From: Bipalium vagum
Taxonomy: Eukaryota
Reading direction: 5' to 3'
Assembly (NCBI GenBank): GCA_037834085.1
Contig: JBBMKC010228313.1
Coordinates: 1-33,157 of the forward strand
Length of the DNA: 33,157 nucleotides
A program made the position numbers and the translations under genes. Under the pieces are notes generated by a model. It was not told the origin of the DNA. It saw nothing but the letters and a program-made list of their open reading frames with translations, and ran no database searches. Below, piece by piece: positions 12,360 through 23,616 of the stretch. How positions within the stretch are numbered: position 1 is the first letter of the stretch; each line of letters starts with the position of its first letter.

Positions 12360-12665
12360 TTTCTAAGATCCTAAATGTTGGGTTGATGTTAAAAAGTGGT
12401 GCTTATGATCCTTAGGTCTTAATGTGTGAAGGTTGCTTATTTATGTGTTAGCTTATATTAGTTAAAATGATTAAGAAAACGATTTGACTTTTCAATATTT
12501 TTATTTTGTTCAAAATAAAGTTACAAATACGTGATATCGGTCTTGACTGATTAAAATTGATTTTATTAATTATAATTATTATTTAGGAAAAATCCTCTCG
12601 CTCTTAGGCTCAGAGGTCCTCGATTAAGAAAAAAATACCTCACCACCCTACTTAGTGTGTGAAGT
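12360..12665 (+). repeat. Unclassified dispersed repeat, paralog of inverted 7565-7795
   Basis: Shares the GC-containing blocks GTCTTAATGTGTGAAGGTTG, AGAGGTCCTCG and CTTAGTGTGTGAA in the same order. Confidence 0.8.
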
Positions 12666-14099
12666 ATGAACTGTTAAGTTTGTTGAGAGTGAGGAGTGTA
12701 CAATTTATCTTAATCTGACTCCTTAAGACAGTGTTACGATCACAAATAAGGCAAACAACACTATTTTTAAAGCTTATATTTCTATTACACTTTTTACAAA
12801 TTACTACAAGTTTTTGAAGATTTTTCTAAAATCAAAATGACAATATATTTTTAATTAAAGAAGATATTCAATCTACACCAGGAAATGTGTAAATGCCATG
12901 AAGTAAAATAACGAATCTGATAACTAGTTTACCAGATCGTAATTGCTAGAATAAAACACAAAAAGAAGAATTCGGAAATTTAAATTGAACAAAAACTGAA
13001 ACGTGAAAATATTTTCGCGTTCTGTAAAGTTAATTAATTAATTAAAGTGAATAGGATAATTCACTTACACAGATAATTTTTTAGTGAGTTATAATAAACT
13101 CTATTATTCAAAATACTATTTTTTAGTTATTATAAACTAATGGTTAGTAATTTTTGAAGGCGAATTTTTATGATTTTCCTTTGGGTATTTATACTAGTTT
13201 TTATTATGTGTGCCAGCATTCCTACAATTATCATTGGTTTATTTTCAAATGACTTCATTTCTCCCCATTATAATATCTCTCCGGCGTTTACGGCCCAGTC
13301 AATTTTCATCACTTATTTTCATTATTTCATCTTCGATCCTTATTTTGCTCAAGTATTTTTTATTTTTACTTATTAATTTTTTTTAAATTTATTTAAATTT
13401 ATTAGTATCATTTAATTTATTATTTTCAGACCTCACTCGAGGCTCCGACCCCGCCGCCAACCCGATTCTGCTGCACAACCCTGTGGATATGTTTTCAGGT
13501 TAGATATTCTTTTTATTATTATTTACTTTATTATTATAATGATGAATATATTGTCGGTTGCGGTGTCATTTATCAGTTTTGATTTTTTTTAAAACTCTAT
13601 ACGGTCTGTCGATCAAATTTACTTTTTATTGATTTATTGATAATGAGATCCATAATTAAAAATTTGAAGTTCCAAAAATATTTAAAAGAGAAATTATTAT
13701 TGTTATCGATTAGTTTTTATTACCATTGTTCATTATTGTCCATCAGTATTATTAATCTATATTATTTTATTTATTTAAAAAAAATTAATATTAAATAGAA
13801 TTTACTAATACAAATTCATAATACAATCAAAATAAAGAAAAGTCGTAAAATGTTCACTAATTAAATAAAATAAAAGTCATAACAATGTTTGCTGAAACTG
13901 CAATCCTTCTCAATAGCTCCTCATCTTTTCCTCTTCTTATTTGATGATTCCCACAAAAGTATGTTTTTTGACCGACTCGGTCAAAAAGACATGATCCTAA
14001 ATATATTATAAAAATAAAACTTATTAAAAAATATTTATGCCCCCAATACAATTATTTTTGAAAAATCTAAAAAATCAAGAAATTAAAATTTTTCTTAAA

Positions 14100-14572
14100 A
14101 AATTGTAGAAAAATATTATTGTGAATTTTGTAAAAATATATTTCTAAAAAAATATAAGTCATCATGAAGATACAATAAAATATGAAAAAAAACAAAAGAT
14201 GGAATCAACGGAAAGACGAGAATAAAAAAGAGAAATAAAAAACGGATGAAAATGAAAATAAAATTCAAAATATCCAAGACAAATTTTCAATTTTTATAAA
14301 AGTAGGTGACATTAAACAAGCTATTACAAACAACAAATTAAAAACATACAACTGGAAAATATCCAGGAGAAGATTTGAAAATTTCTGTGATGTTAATGAA
14401 ATAGAAATTTACCCAACAGAAAATGAGGAAAAAACTGTAGTAATTGAAAGATTTAATAAAAATTTTTAAAATTTAATGTTTAAAAATTTAGAGAACAAGG
14501 AAAGAAAATGGTTACATCTTTTACAAAATTTAATTAGTTTTTAAATAATAAAATTCATATTTCAATTGGAAG
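14100..14572 (+). pseudogene. Polinton/Maverick-type (or Ginger2-type) rve integrase fragment, preceded by a degenerate zinc-finger-like segment
   Basis: From 14374 it reads FENFCDVNEIEIYPTENEEKTVVIERFNKNF*NLMFKNLENKERKWLHLLQNLISF*, then NNKIHISIG after a frameshift. This matches the Polinton integrase pattern I.Y.T.NE.KA..ERFNRTLK..M.K......W...L..L...YNN..H.SIG. Upstream at about 14110, KYYCEFCK has a CxxC. Confidence 0.8.
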
Positions 14573-14689
14573 ATATAAGGATTTTTGTTACTTTTAAAAA
14601 AATTGTACTAGAAACAAAAATTTAGTTTTTAATATTTCTTTAGCTACACTAAACATACTCTGTTTGTAAACAAACGTTATAAACGAGTA

Positions 14690-15100
14690 TTTTTTTTGCG
14701 TCAGCTAGAGCATATAAAAATGTTAACGAAGAAATTGGGGTGATAAACATGGTGCGCTGTGTATCTCATCGTCTTCTAACGTTTTAAGAGTTTTGGTATT
14801 TGGTATTTGTTTTTATTTTGCTTTTAAATTACTATTTAAATCTAATTTGACTTATATGATTATTAATATTATTGAATTCGACTTTTCTTATTTGATTCGA
14901 TTTAGTGACTTGATTTGACTTATTGATCAATTTTTATTTATTGTTTTCATTTGATTTGATTTATTGATATTTGATTCGATTTTATTTTATTGATTTTTAG
15001 TTTCATTTTGCGACTTGAGATTGCTTTGTTGTGCTTGAATATTTTTCGGACATTCATTCGGGTATATTTGAGTTAGAGAAATAAAGTTTTACTGTAATCG
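14690..15100 (+). mobile_element. LTR-like segment with degenerate (TTGAT)n interior
   Basis: TATAAAAA at 14713 and AATAAAGTTTT at 15080 have spacing similar to copies A and B. A loose TTGAT/TTGAC array spans 14840-15000. Confidence 0.3.
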
Positions 15101-15621
15101 TTTACATAATTAAGAGTCAGTAAACTAAGGAACTAAGTATTACGAAAGTTTTCATAATAATAATAATAATGGTAAAAATAAATAATAAATAAAATAAGTT
15201 TGAAGTTTTATTTAATATAAAAAGATAAAACAGTAATGTTTTTGTCATTAGAATCTGAATAGGTATCAAAAATTTCAAATAAAACAAAATTACCTTTTTT
15301 CTATTTGGCTGGTCTCACCACCTGAAATTCCAAATATCAGAATAGTCCGACGAGTATCTTTGATCTACATTTTATCTGCTGTTAATTATCAAAATACAGT
15401 AATGAATAAAAAATAATGAAGAAATCTGAACTCAGAGTTCAAGTCAATATGATACAGATGAATGAAAGAAACGACAATGAAATAAAATCTAGTTTATGAT
15501 AACCAATTCGAACAATTTTCTGTTTAAGATAGTCTTGGTCTAATAAAGACTTTTTAAAGATCTAAACTCATCTATGAAACACATTGAATCTCTTTCCCAA
15601 AACAAAAAAACAGTAAAAATT

Positions 15622-16353
15622 AATAACACTGGTCTGTATCATTTTTGCGGTATGAATTTTATTATTTATTTCTGAATCGTTTTTTCATGCTGATTTCAAA
15701 TATGTAAATCATTTTGCTCCATCACCTCAAGTTTTCATTTAATATGGATATTTTTAATAAAAAATTGTACAAAACGTGAGATTTTTTAAATTGAAAAAGA
15801 ATTTTTCATAGATAGTACGTGAAACATATTATAATTAAAGAATATATTTAAATTATATTTTTAGATGGATAGAAAGTGCAAAAACAATCTTTACAAGTTC
15901 TTCTACATTTATGGTCAAGTAATTTTTTCTGGTCGACAGTTGTCTATCACCAATTTTGTGAAGAAAAGCTATCATGCCTATTTTGGTATTAAGCTTGGTG
16001 ATCAAGACAAAGCTTTTGTTGTAAAACATGTGTCGAAGGTCTAAGACGCTGGAGCAACGGTAAACAAAAAAGCCTCTCATTTGGTATCCCTATGATTTGG
16101 AGAGAAGGAAGAGGTCATGCAAGTGACTGCTATTTTTGCATAACAAATCTGGAAGGCATAAATAGAAAATAGCATCCTCTTGTTCCATCTGCTTTGAAAC
16201 CGGTTCCTCATGGACCAGAAGTCCCAATTCCAAATACACCCCATCATATAGATTCTTCGGATGACCCATGTGAAGCGCAAAATTTCTTTATAGAATCTGC
16301 TTAAAAAGTTCAAACCGCATAAAAAAAGTTTTCAAATGCAGACCAATGTTATT
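15622..16353 (+). mobile_element. Sola1 DNA transposon, internally deleted
   Basis: Inverted ends AATAACACTGGTCTGTAT...TGCGGTATGAA and TTCAAACCGCA...ATGCAGACCAATGTTATT. The decayed protein ITNFVKKSYHAYFGIKLGDQDKAF..CKTCVEGLRRWSNGKQKSLSFGIPMIWREGRGHASDCYFCITNLEGINRK carries the AYFG/GDQDK/PMxWRE/DCYFC motifs of Sola1 transposases. The TSD is not resolved. Confidence 0.82.
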
Positions 16354-17383
16354 TATGGCACGAAGGGAATGGTGAAAAAATATTTCATAAATAGATAGAA
16401 CTGAAAAACGAAGAAGGAAGTATTGTATTGTATTATTTTTCCAGTTCTTCTTACAATATCAAAAGTCTTAGTGTCTCAATAAATTCTAAATAACAGTAGG
16501 ATAGTAAAAGTACTAAATGTAGTTTAATTAATGGTAAGTATCGATTACGAATCAATGATAAGAGGTTTTAGTTGTAGGTATTTTTTACTTCTTGAAGGTT
16601 ATTTAATCAATTGCAATGTATTCTCAATGTATATAAACTAAATAGAAAAAAGCCTAAATAAATATTGGTGAAGTTTTTCAAAAACTCAATTCAATTTATT
16701 TTCATCAAGAAAATTTAATTTCCGTTAAATTAAATCAGTTTTTTCACTCTCAAATTAATAATTCAATTAAGGAAATTTTGAGATGAATTATTTCTTATAA
16801 CATAGGAGTCCAAAATTTTGAATCTTTGTAGAAGAAATTTGTGGAGAAAACTGTCATTTAAAAGGAATTTGCAAATTACAAAAACTTTTTAAAAAAGAAA
16901 ATTGGAAAACAAAGAAAAGTGTATTTTATTAATTTAAGAATATTTTTTAAGAATTCAATGTTATAAAATTGATTTAAATAGAGATTCTGAAGCCTTGTTC
17001 AATATTCTCAAGGCCTATTGTAAATGTAAAAGTTAAAAGGTTAATCAATAAAAATATCTATAAAAACATTAATTTTTAAAATATGATCAATATTGTTAAA
17101 AATTTAATCTATAAAAATAAAAAGCTTTAATGTAAAGACTTAAACAATTTAATTAACGAAACAAGAAGAAATTTTTTTGTTTTTTGAAATTTTTTTAAAA
17201 AACAATCTACGGACCCTGTTGAGTTCGATAGTTTTTAGATGCGTCTAACTGCAATGCAAGGGTTGGTTGAAATCACTTGTTCGGGTAAGGGTTCATTTAT
17301 TTTCTTCTAGTTATTTTTAATTTCATTGTTGTTATTGATTGACTTAGTTCCTTGATTCTATCGTTTGATATTTATTGATACTA

Positions 17384-17610
17384 TCAGGTCAGTCCATAAG
17401 TTCGTGCGTATTAATAAATATTATGTAAATATAAAAATAAAAAGCAAATGAAATCGATATGAAACATTTATTCATGGAAATAATTACCATCGTTTTCTAC
17501 AATCTTTTTCCACCAATCAGGAAGTTTTTTAAAACCATCTGCATAAAATGACAAAGGTTTTGAACCAAAAAGATATAATGCAATACGCACGAATTTATGG
17601 ACTGACCTGA
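17384..17610 (-). mobile_element. Mariner-derived MITE (227 bp)
   Basis: Near-perfect 29-bp TIRs, TA|TCAGGTCAGTCCATAAGTTCGTGCGTATT and AATACGCACGAATTTATGGACTGACCTGA|TA, with one mismatch. The minus strand encodes FGSKPLSFYADGFKKLPDWWKKIVENDGNYFHE*, the mariner C-terminus. Confidence 0.93.
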
Positions 17611-18976
17611 TACTTTCAATAACTTTTAACTTAGTGCATTATCTATCCATTTTATTGACATTGACTATTTTGGTATATTTGTACTTGTATATATGTATAA
17701 ATGTTGACAATAGTTACGAGCAACACATGATCTATTTGATTTCGAATAACAAAAATTTATGGATGTACAACATTTGACAGTTTTGTTAATCATTGGTTAT
17801 TTTTTATTTTTGAACAGATTATTTTTCTATCATCATTAACACAAACCATTATTGATGAGAAAGACAACTACTCAAGAGATCAATTCCTACTACTTGTTTT
17901 ATAATTAATTTGAACGAGTCTAGAAAATAAAAAATGAATGCAAAAAAATATGTAACAAGATTTTATTTCTAAAATACAAAAGGAGCTAAAAAGAATTCAT
18001 AAAGGAATTTTATATCAGTTATCATGATGCAAAACAGAATTCAAGATTTTTAAATATTAAAATGGAAGAATATGTGTACATTTAATATGAATTTGAAAAT
18101 GAAATTTAATTTTGATATATTTAAAATAAAGTTTTATTGTATCTATTAATTCATTTTATGATGAAAGAAATGATTCTTTCTCGCTACCTTTAATTAATTA
18201 AAATAAATAAATATTGTTATTTCCACATATTTCACAAAAGCTGGTCATTTTTTATCCAGTCATCTTATTTGTAATTTTTAGGATTTAAAAGTTTATTATA
18301 ATTGGCTTTGTCTTATGAAACGAAGTGTGATAAAATTTTGAATTTAATTAAAATAATATTTTTTTATTATTTTATTATATTTTTTATACTATTAAAGATT
18401 GAATTTTTGTTGTTATATACACTAAAGATTTTTATTAATTAAATTTATGAGTAATATACAATCATAAATGCTATCAAAAGGCAACCTATTTCTAAAATTT
18501 CAGGATTTTCTACTTAATGTTTAAATTTTTTTTATAATTATTATCTTTTAATAATAATTTAAAAATGTAAGTAGTATGTAAATGGAAAAAATTTAAGAGA
18601 TTTTCAAAATTTATTTTTGAAAAAAAATGTTTTTTAATGTTTAATTTCGCCTTTTGGACATATTTATGATTATAAATACATTCTCTTCTTGCAATCGGTT
18701 TAGTTCGGTTATTACATTTAAGGTCTTCAGATAATGTTTGTGTAATGGGTTCATACTCATTTGGTAATATTAGTGTTCAGGAGTAAAAGTTCCAGAGAGG
18801 ATCAGTACCAGTTGCTCTTAACTGGAATTTTTTAAGGAGAACATTAATATACAATATTTAACTTCCAGAAAAACTTTTTGGTGAGTATCTGAGTTATAAA
18901 CAGTCTTATTTTGAGACTTTCAAAAATCTTTATTATTATTTAGTTTCATTTAATTTTTACATCCCGTACCTATATA

Positions 18977-19536
18977 TCAGGTTTGTGTGTTAAAATGGTG
19001 TATTTGTTTTACTGAATTAATTGTTGTTATTTAGTTTAAACATTATTTAATAATACAGATTTATATTTTTTAATAATGATTGTATGTTTTTAATATATTT
19101 TTAGATGGCAAAATACATAGACAATAATAGCCATATTCGCAAAGTGAATCTTTTTCTTTTTAACACCAATAAATTAGCTGCAGAAACTCACAGAATACTT
19201 GTGGATGTATATTGCGACAATACAACTTGCAAAAGATGATTTGCACGCATCAGAAATTGTGATTTCAAACTTGAAGATAAAGAACGTCCAGGACAAAAGA
19301 AGCTGTTTGAAGACCAAGATCTTGATCCATTGGTTGATGAAAATTCATGTCAAAGTAAAAAAAACTTGCGAATTCATTAAATATTGATCGGACGTCTATC
19401 AGTTGACATTTGAAAGTTACAGGAAAGCTGAAGGTGGGTTCCTTATCAACTCAGGCTGAGAGATATTGAAAGACGTAAATTAACAAGTGAAATTTTGCTT
19501 GCTCGTCAAAAAAGGAAACGCTTTCTCCAAATTGTA
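18977..19536 (+). mobile_element. 5' half of a Mos1-like (mauritiana subfamily) mariner, pseudogene
   Basis: The left end reads TA|TCAGGT.... From ATG 19105 it reads MAKYIDNNSHIRKVNLFLFNTNKLAAETHRILVDVY...CDFKLEDKERPGQKKLFEDQDL...RWVPYQL...ERRKLTSEILLARQKRKRFL. This parallels Mos1 (AAESHRML, WVPHEL, ERRKNTCEILL). It is truncated before the first catalytic Asp. Confidence 0.88.
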
Positions 19537-19654
19537 AATATACGTACAATTGTCTTTGCTCTCATTATCTCTACTTTTTATTGAAGAATTAAAGATAAAT
19601 ATAAAAAACTAAATATATACAATATATTAAACCCAAAGGTACAAAGGTATTATA

Positions 19655-20345
19655 TTTAATAATTGATTCTTTCTCCTTTGGAATCAATAAGTACTAAACA
19701 TCTTGCCGCTATCAAGTTTAATAATTTATTTAAGATGTCCATATCAATCTTAGTCTTCATATGAGAACTTTATTAATTCATCAAGATTTGTTGGTATTTT
19801 ATTTTTGCGAGATTTTCTATGGGATTAACATCTGAACTATTAGAAGGCCAATCTATTATTTTGGTTGCTTCAATAGACAATAATTCTATGGTAACCTGGC
19901 TTTTATGTTTGGGATCTTTGTCCATTTGTAATCTCCATCCCAAGGCAAATATTTTTACTCCACTTAAAATCAGATATTCCTAAAGAATTTGTACAAAATA
20001 TTGTCCATTCATAGTTCTTATAAATGCATGCACACCAACAAGGCCCTTGATGATGAAACCTCCCAATAGCATAAACTTCTGTCTATTTTTGGAATTCTTT
20101 TGAATTCAACGCAGGTTTTTTGACCACCTTTGAATGGTATTTCGAAACCATTGCAAGGACGTTTCATCAATAGAAATAGTTTGATTCCAATCATCATCTC
20201 TAAGATGAATTATCCATTGAACATACATGTGTTTATAGATTTATTCTTATAGCTATGCACTTTTTGCAAATATTTATTTAAAATAACAAAAAATATACAC
20301 ATAAAATGTTTACATATTCAGAAGGCAGACTTTTGCACTGTACTG
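19655..20345 (-). mobile_element. Tc1 (DD34E) element, internally deleted transposase pseudogene
   Basis: The minus-strand terminus is TA|CAGTACAGTGCAAAAGT at 20345. The translation DDWNQTISIDETSLQ...MNGQYFVQIL*...WRLQMDKDPKHKS...DWPSNSSDVNPIEN has 34 residues between D and E. I did not find the second TIR. Confidence 0.9.
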
Positions 20346-20351
20346 TATATA

Positions 20352-21075
20352 AAGTCCGCATCAAAAATCTGTTTACATCCATGTAGAAAGCATAAGTCGA
20401 CACTTTTTATTTTATCAATTTTCTTAAGTAATGTAAATTTTAAAATAAAATAAATAATGTTTGTAAAATTTTCAACAACTTATATTATATGGATTTAATA
20501 TTAGATAACTTTAGATATAATGAATAATCGAAACGTCTTGATGAAACACAGAATAATAATTGTGAAATTGATAATGAAAGAGCATAGTACTTGATCAATA
20601 AAGAAAATAATAACGGACATGTATCATATTGATATGTCACCGCGTGACATTCAAAAAATTGTTTATAAATATAAAACCGAAGGAAGGTTATGGATCGGAA
20701 GACCACCGAAACTATTAAAACTATCGCACAGATTTTTTCTACGCTTATACCTAAAAATAGAGACATGCGGTTGACGAATGTAGCACCTACTTCTAATATG
20801 GATAGCATTCAACATGTGTCCAGATGCAGGGTTCACCGAATTCTCAAAAAATATGGATTAAGAAGTCATCCATATGTTAGCAAGCTGTTGATCAATGATA
20901 AGCAAAGGAAAAGAAGATTAAAATGGGCGATATATATGGGAAAACATTGTCTTCAGTGATGATTCAAGGTTTCAAGATGAAAAATTAAGTCCTATTTGTA
21001 ATAAGAATATTATTCAATAAGATTTCCAAAACCATGTTCTGGGATGCATTTTACTATTCGATATAGAAATTTTCA
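20352..21075 (+). mobile_element. 5' half of a Tc1 transposase pseudogene
   Basis: From ATG 20520 it reads MNNRNVLMKHRIIIVKL...IQKIVYKYKTEG..IGRPPKL (GRPR-like), VHRILKKYGLRS, KQRKRRLKWA, WENIVFSDDSRF (first D) and MFWDAF. It includes ORF 20690..20959. Confidence 0.85.
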
Positions 21076-21436
21076 AAATTTTTAACTGACTCTCTTGTGT
21101 CGCTTAGAGATTCTGCTACTCCATTATTTAGAATTCAGAATCTCTTCACCAATCAATGAGTATTCTCCTTTACCATTAGTTAATGGATAAACCAAGAGCT
21201 TTTAATTATTTAATGCAGCAAAAACATTATCACTGGATCTGAATAACCAATTCTGTATCTAACTTCATTTTTCAAGTCCACCATCTCCCTTTTCAATTAG
21301 TCAATAACTAATCTGGAGTATTTAATTATTCAGCCCTCAAAAACGTATTCGCTTGAACTGAATAATTAATGATCCCTTAAGGACCCAATATAAAATATCT
21401 AGATTCCTATAAAATATAGAGCAAGTATGAGAGCTA

Positions 21437-22188
21437 TGCGGGTTTTTGAAAAGCTCTGTTACCCTGTTTTTGCTCACAAGATATTGCGTGTGGTCGATAC
21501 AAAATGTTCTATTCACAGATAAAAATACTTTCACGGTTCACACAACCGTAAAAATTATTACCAAATGTTGAGAAATGATCAACGGATTGCATTTTCCAGC
21601 ATTAGTAATGGTCTAGAGTTTGATGGGGAAAAACGGTCATTGTATTCATCTACACAAAGGTCAAAATAAATGCTGGATTCTACCACGAAATCATTCTTCA
21701 AAATAACTTGCAACCATGAGCAAAAAGGCACTTTGATGGACATCAATTCGTACTTCAACACTACAAAAACAACGATCCGCGTCTGTGAAAAAGTATTTCT
21801 AGGGTTTGAGGAAAAGACATTTAGTCGTCAAATTAACCAGATTTGGATCCGATAAACTACTCTGTCTGGTCAATCTTAGAAAAGAGGATGTCCTGTATGC
21901 AATAAAAGTCGATTGGTCATTAGAAATTTACTTTTCAACGTGCCTGGAACGAAGTAACAGTGCAGGAGTGCGTGACCATTGTTAGCTTTTTTCTTAAACG
22001 AACTAAGAATTGTATTAAGCGACGGAGGCGAATTTTCAACATTTATTGTAAATCCTATTGTCATCTTTCTTAGTTTATATTTAAATAAACATGTTATTTC
22101 GTTGTTTACATAGTTACTTAATTAACAACTCGGTTTAAGTACGATTTAATATATTTTAAAAAGTCACAGAACTTTCAGAAACTCTATT
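21437..22188 (+). mobile_element. Second maT (DD37D)-like element, decayed
   Basis: Degenerate TIRs GCGGGTTTTTGAAAAGCTCTGTTAC and GTCACAGAACTTTCAGAAACTCTAT. Fragments read NVLFTDK, HN.KN, HFPALVMV, KVKINAGFY, FVLQH, PDLDPINYSVWSILEK and QRAWNEV. Confidence 0.8.
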
Positions 22189-22249
22189 TATGAAAAAGTA
22201 AGTCTAACAAGATTTCTCAATAAAAGAAAAACAAAATTTTTTAAAATTA

Positions 22250-23165
22250 AAAGTGAGTCAGAAGATGCTGTGAACTGTGAAGATTCTTCCTCAATCCCCA
22301 ACAGCATCTATGTGATCTTCTGCAGAATTGAATGTGTTTCCTCCGCAAGACATGAAAAGGGGATCTTGGTGATGTCTGCTGGTGTTTTAATTATCAAAGT
22401 TGATTTTACTGTATTGTCATCAAAAGGTTATGTACTAAAAGAATAAGTCACACTCTGATCAACCCGAAGACATCGATGATAGACTTCTCCTGAGAATAAT
22501 TGAAGCAAATCCCATGCTGAAGACTTGAGAACTTATTCAGCAGCCATGAATCCATCGAACGAAACTTGTATAAAATTGGAAAAAATCAGCAAGATGGGTT
22601 CTGTTTAATTTGAATGAGTCCGTACAAAATACCTGAAAATCTTTTTTTATAAAGGAAACACGTCTTTTATTGACTTGATTTTCTTGTGACCATAGATGAA
22701 AAAATGAGTTTCTAATCAAACATGTTGCGAAAATATCAGGGGAGTCAAATTAAACCAGTTATTCCCATCCACAAAATTTCAATTTAATGTGATATTAGCG
22801 AATTAATTTTGCTGTTGTGCTTCCAAAATATTTCAATATTAATGTTGATGTATATTGTGCATATATAATATATATATATATATATATACAAACCAGAAGC
22901 AGTCTTGAATCATAAATGCCCATTTATGAAAAATATCATGCTCGAAGACAACTTTACATATTTTTGAAGAGATCGACTATGAAATATAGCCCTGCCCACT
23001 AAGTATCACCTTCAGAATTCCATTGATATGAAGCAGTTTAAAAATTATATTGAAAATAAAGAATATATCGAGATCTTCTTGCGAACTTCTGGAAGAAATG
23101 TTTCAGAAATCTACAAGAAAATGGAAAAAAGGATAGAGATAACGGTTATTACCTTATGGATTAAA
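22250..23165 (+). mobile_element. Decayed mariner (DD34D) transposase
   Basis: Frameshifted fragments read QPEDIDDRLLLRIIEANPMLKT, HESIERNLYKIGK, WV..NL, VTIDEK, NINVDVYC, SPSEFH (YSPDL/PSDYH-like) and KWKK...NGYY. A TA repeat interrupts it at 22861-22888. Confidence 0.75.
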
Positions 23166-23189
23166 TTTAGTTGGTTGTTTAGTTTAATC

Positions 23190-23616
23190 GCAATAAAGTC
23201 CACTAACATTATCCAATCTGATTCCATGTCATGTTTCAAAAGAAATAATAATTGATTAAGAAATCATGACATCATAACTTTGGAGTGGCCTGCAAATTCC
23301 CCAGACTTAAATTCCTTAGAAAACATATGAGAAAAATGAAGGAAGCCAGCCAACCGTCAGCAACTAAAGTCCGTTTTCAGTACTGAAATAAACGGTAAGC
23401 TCTGTGCAATATATGTGAATTTAATGCCTTCTTCTGAAGACCCTTATTACTACCCGTGAAGGATCAACAAAATATTAATTTGACTCAAATATGATTTTTG
23501 TTATTTGAAAATAAATATCCATTGGTCTTCAAATCGACTATATATGTATCAAATTAAATAAAACTTATAAGATAATTAAAATTTCATAAGGTACTTTATA
23601 CTTTTGAACACCACTG
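23190..23616 (+). mobile_element. 3' end of a Tc1 (DD34E) element
   Basis: IITLEWPANSPDLNSLENI* at about 23270-23330. The right TIR is TATACTTTTGAACACCACTG|TA (reverse complement CAGTGGTGTTCAAAAGTATA). Confidence 0.88.

Noticed and set aside
242-13376. Short ORF-track entries (242-445, 2613-2825, 3654-3860, 5759-5956, 6531-6716, 8545-8727, 13170-13376) as genes
   Set aside because: They are 60-70 aa, mostly F/I/L/K/N-rich as expected from AT bias, and have no recognisable motifs. Several are antisense to or inside repeats.
22260-22600. Long near-open minus-strand frame (…SAWDLLQLFSGEVYHRCL…), considered as an endogenous viral fragment
   Set aside because: The plus strand carries mariner transposase motifs over the same bases, so the frame is their antisense.
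15853-22719. Minus-strand ORFs 15853-16080, 16077-16313, 20485-20808, 21579-21761, 21876-22064 and 22537-22719
   Set aside because: These are antisense shadows of plus-strand Sola1, Tc1, maT and mariner pseudogenes.
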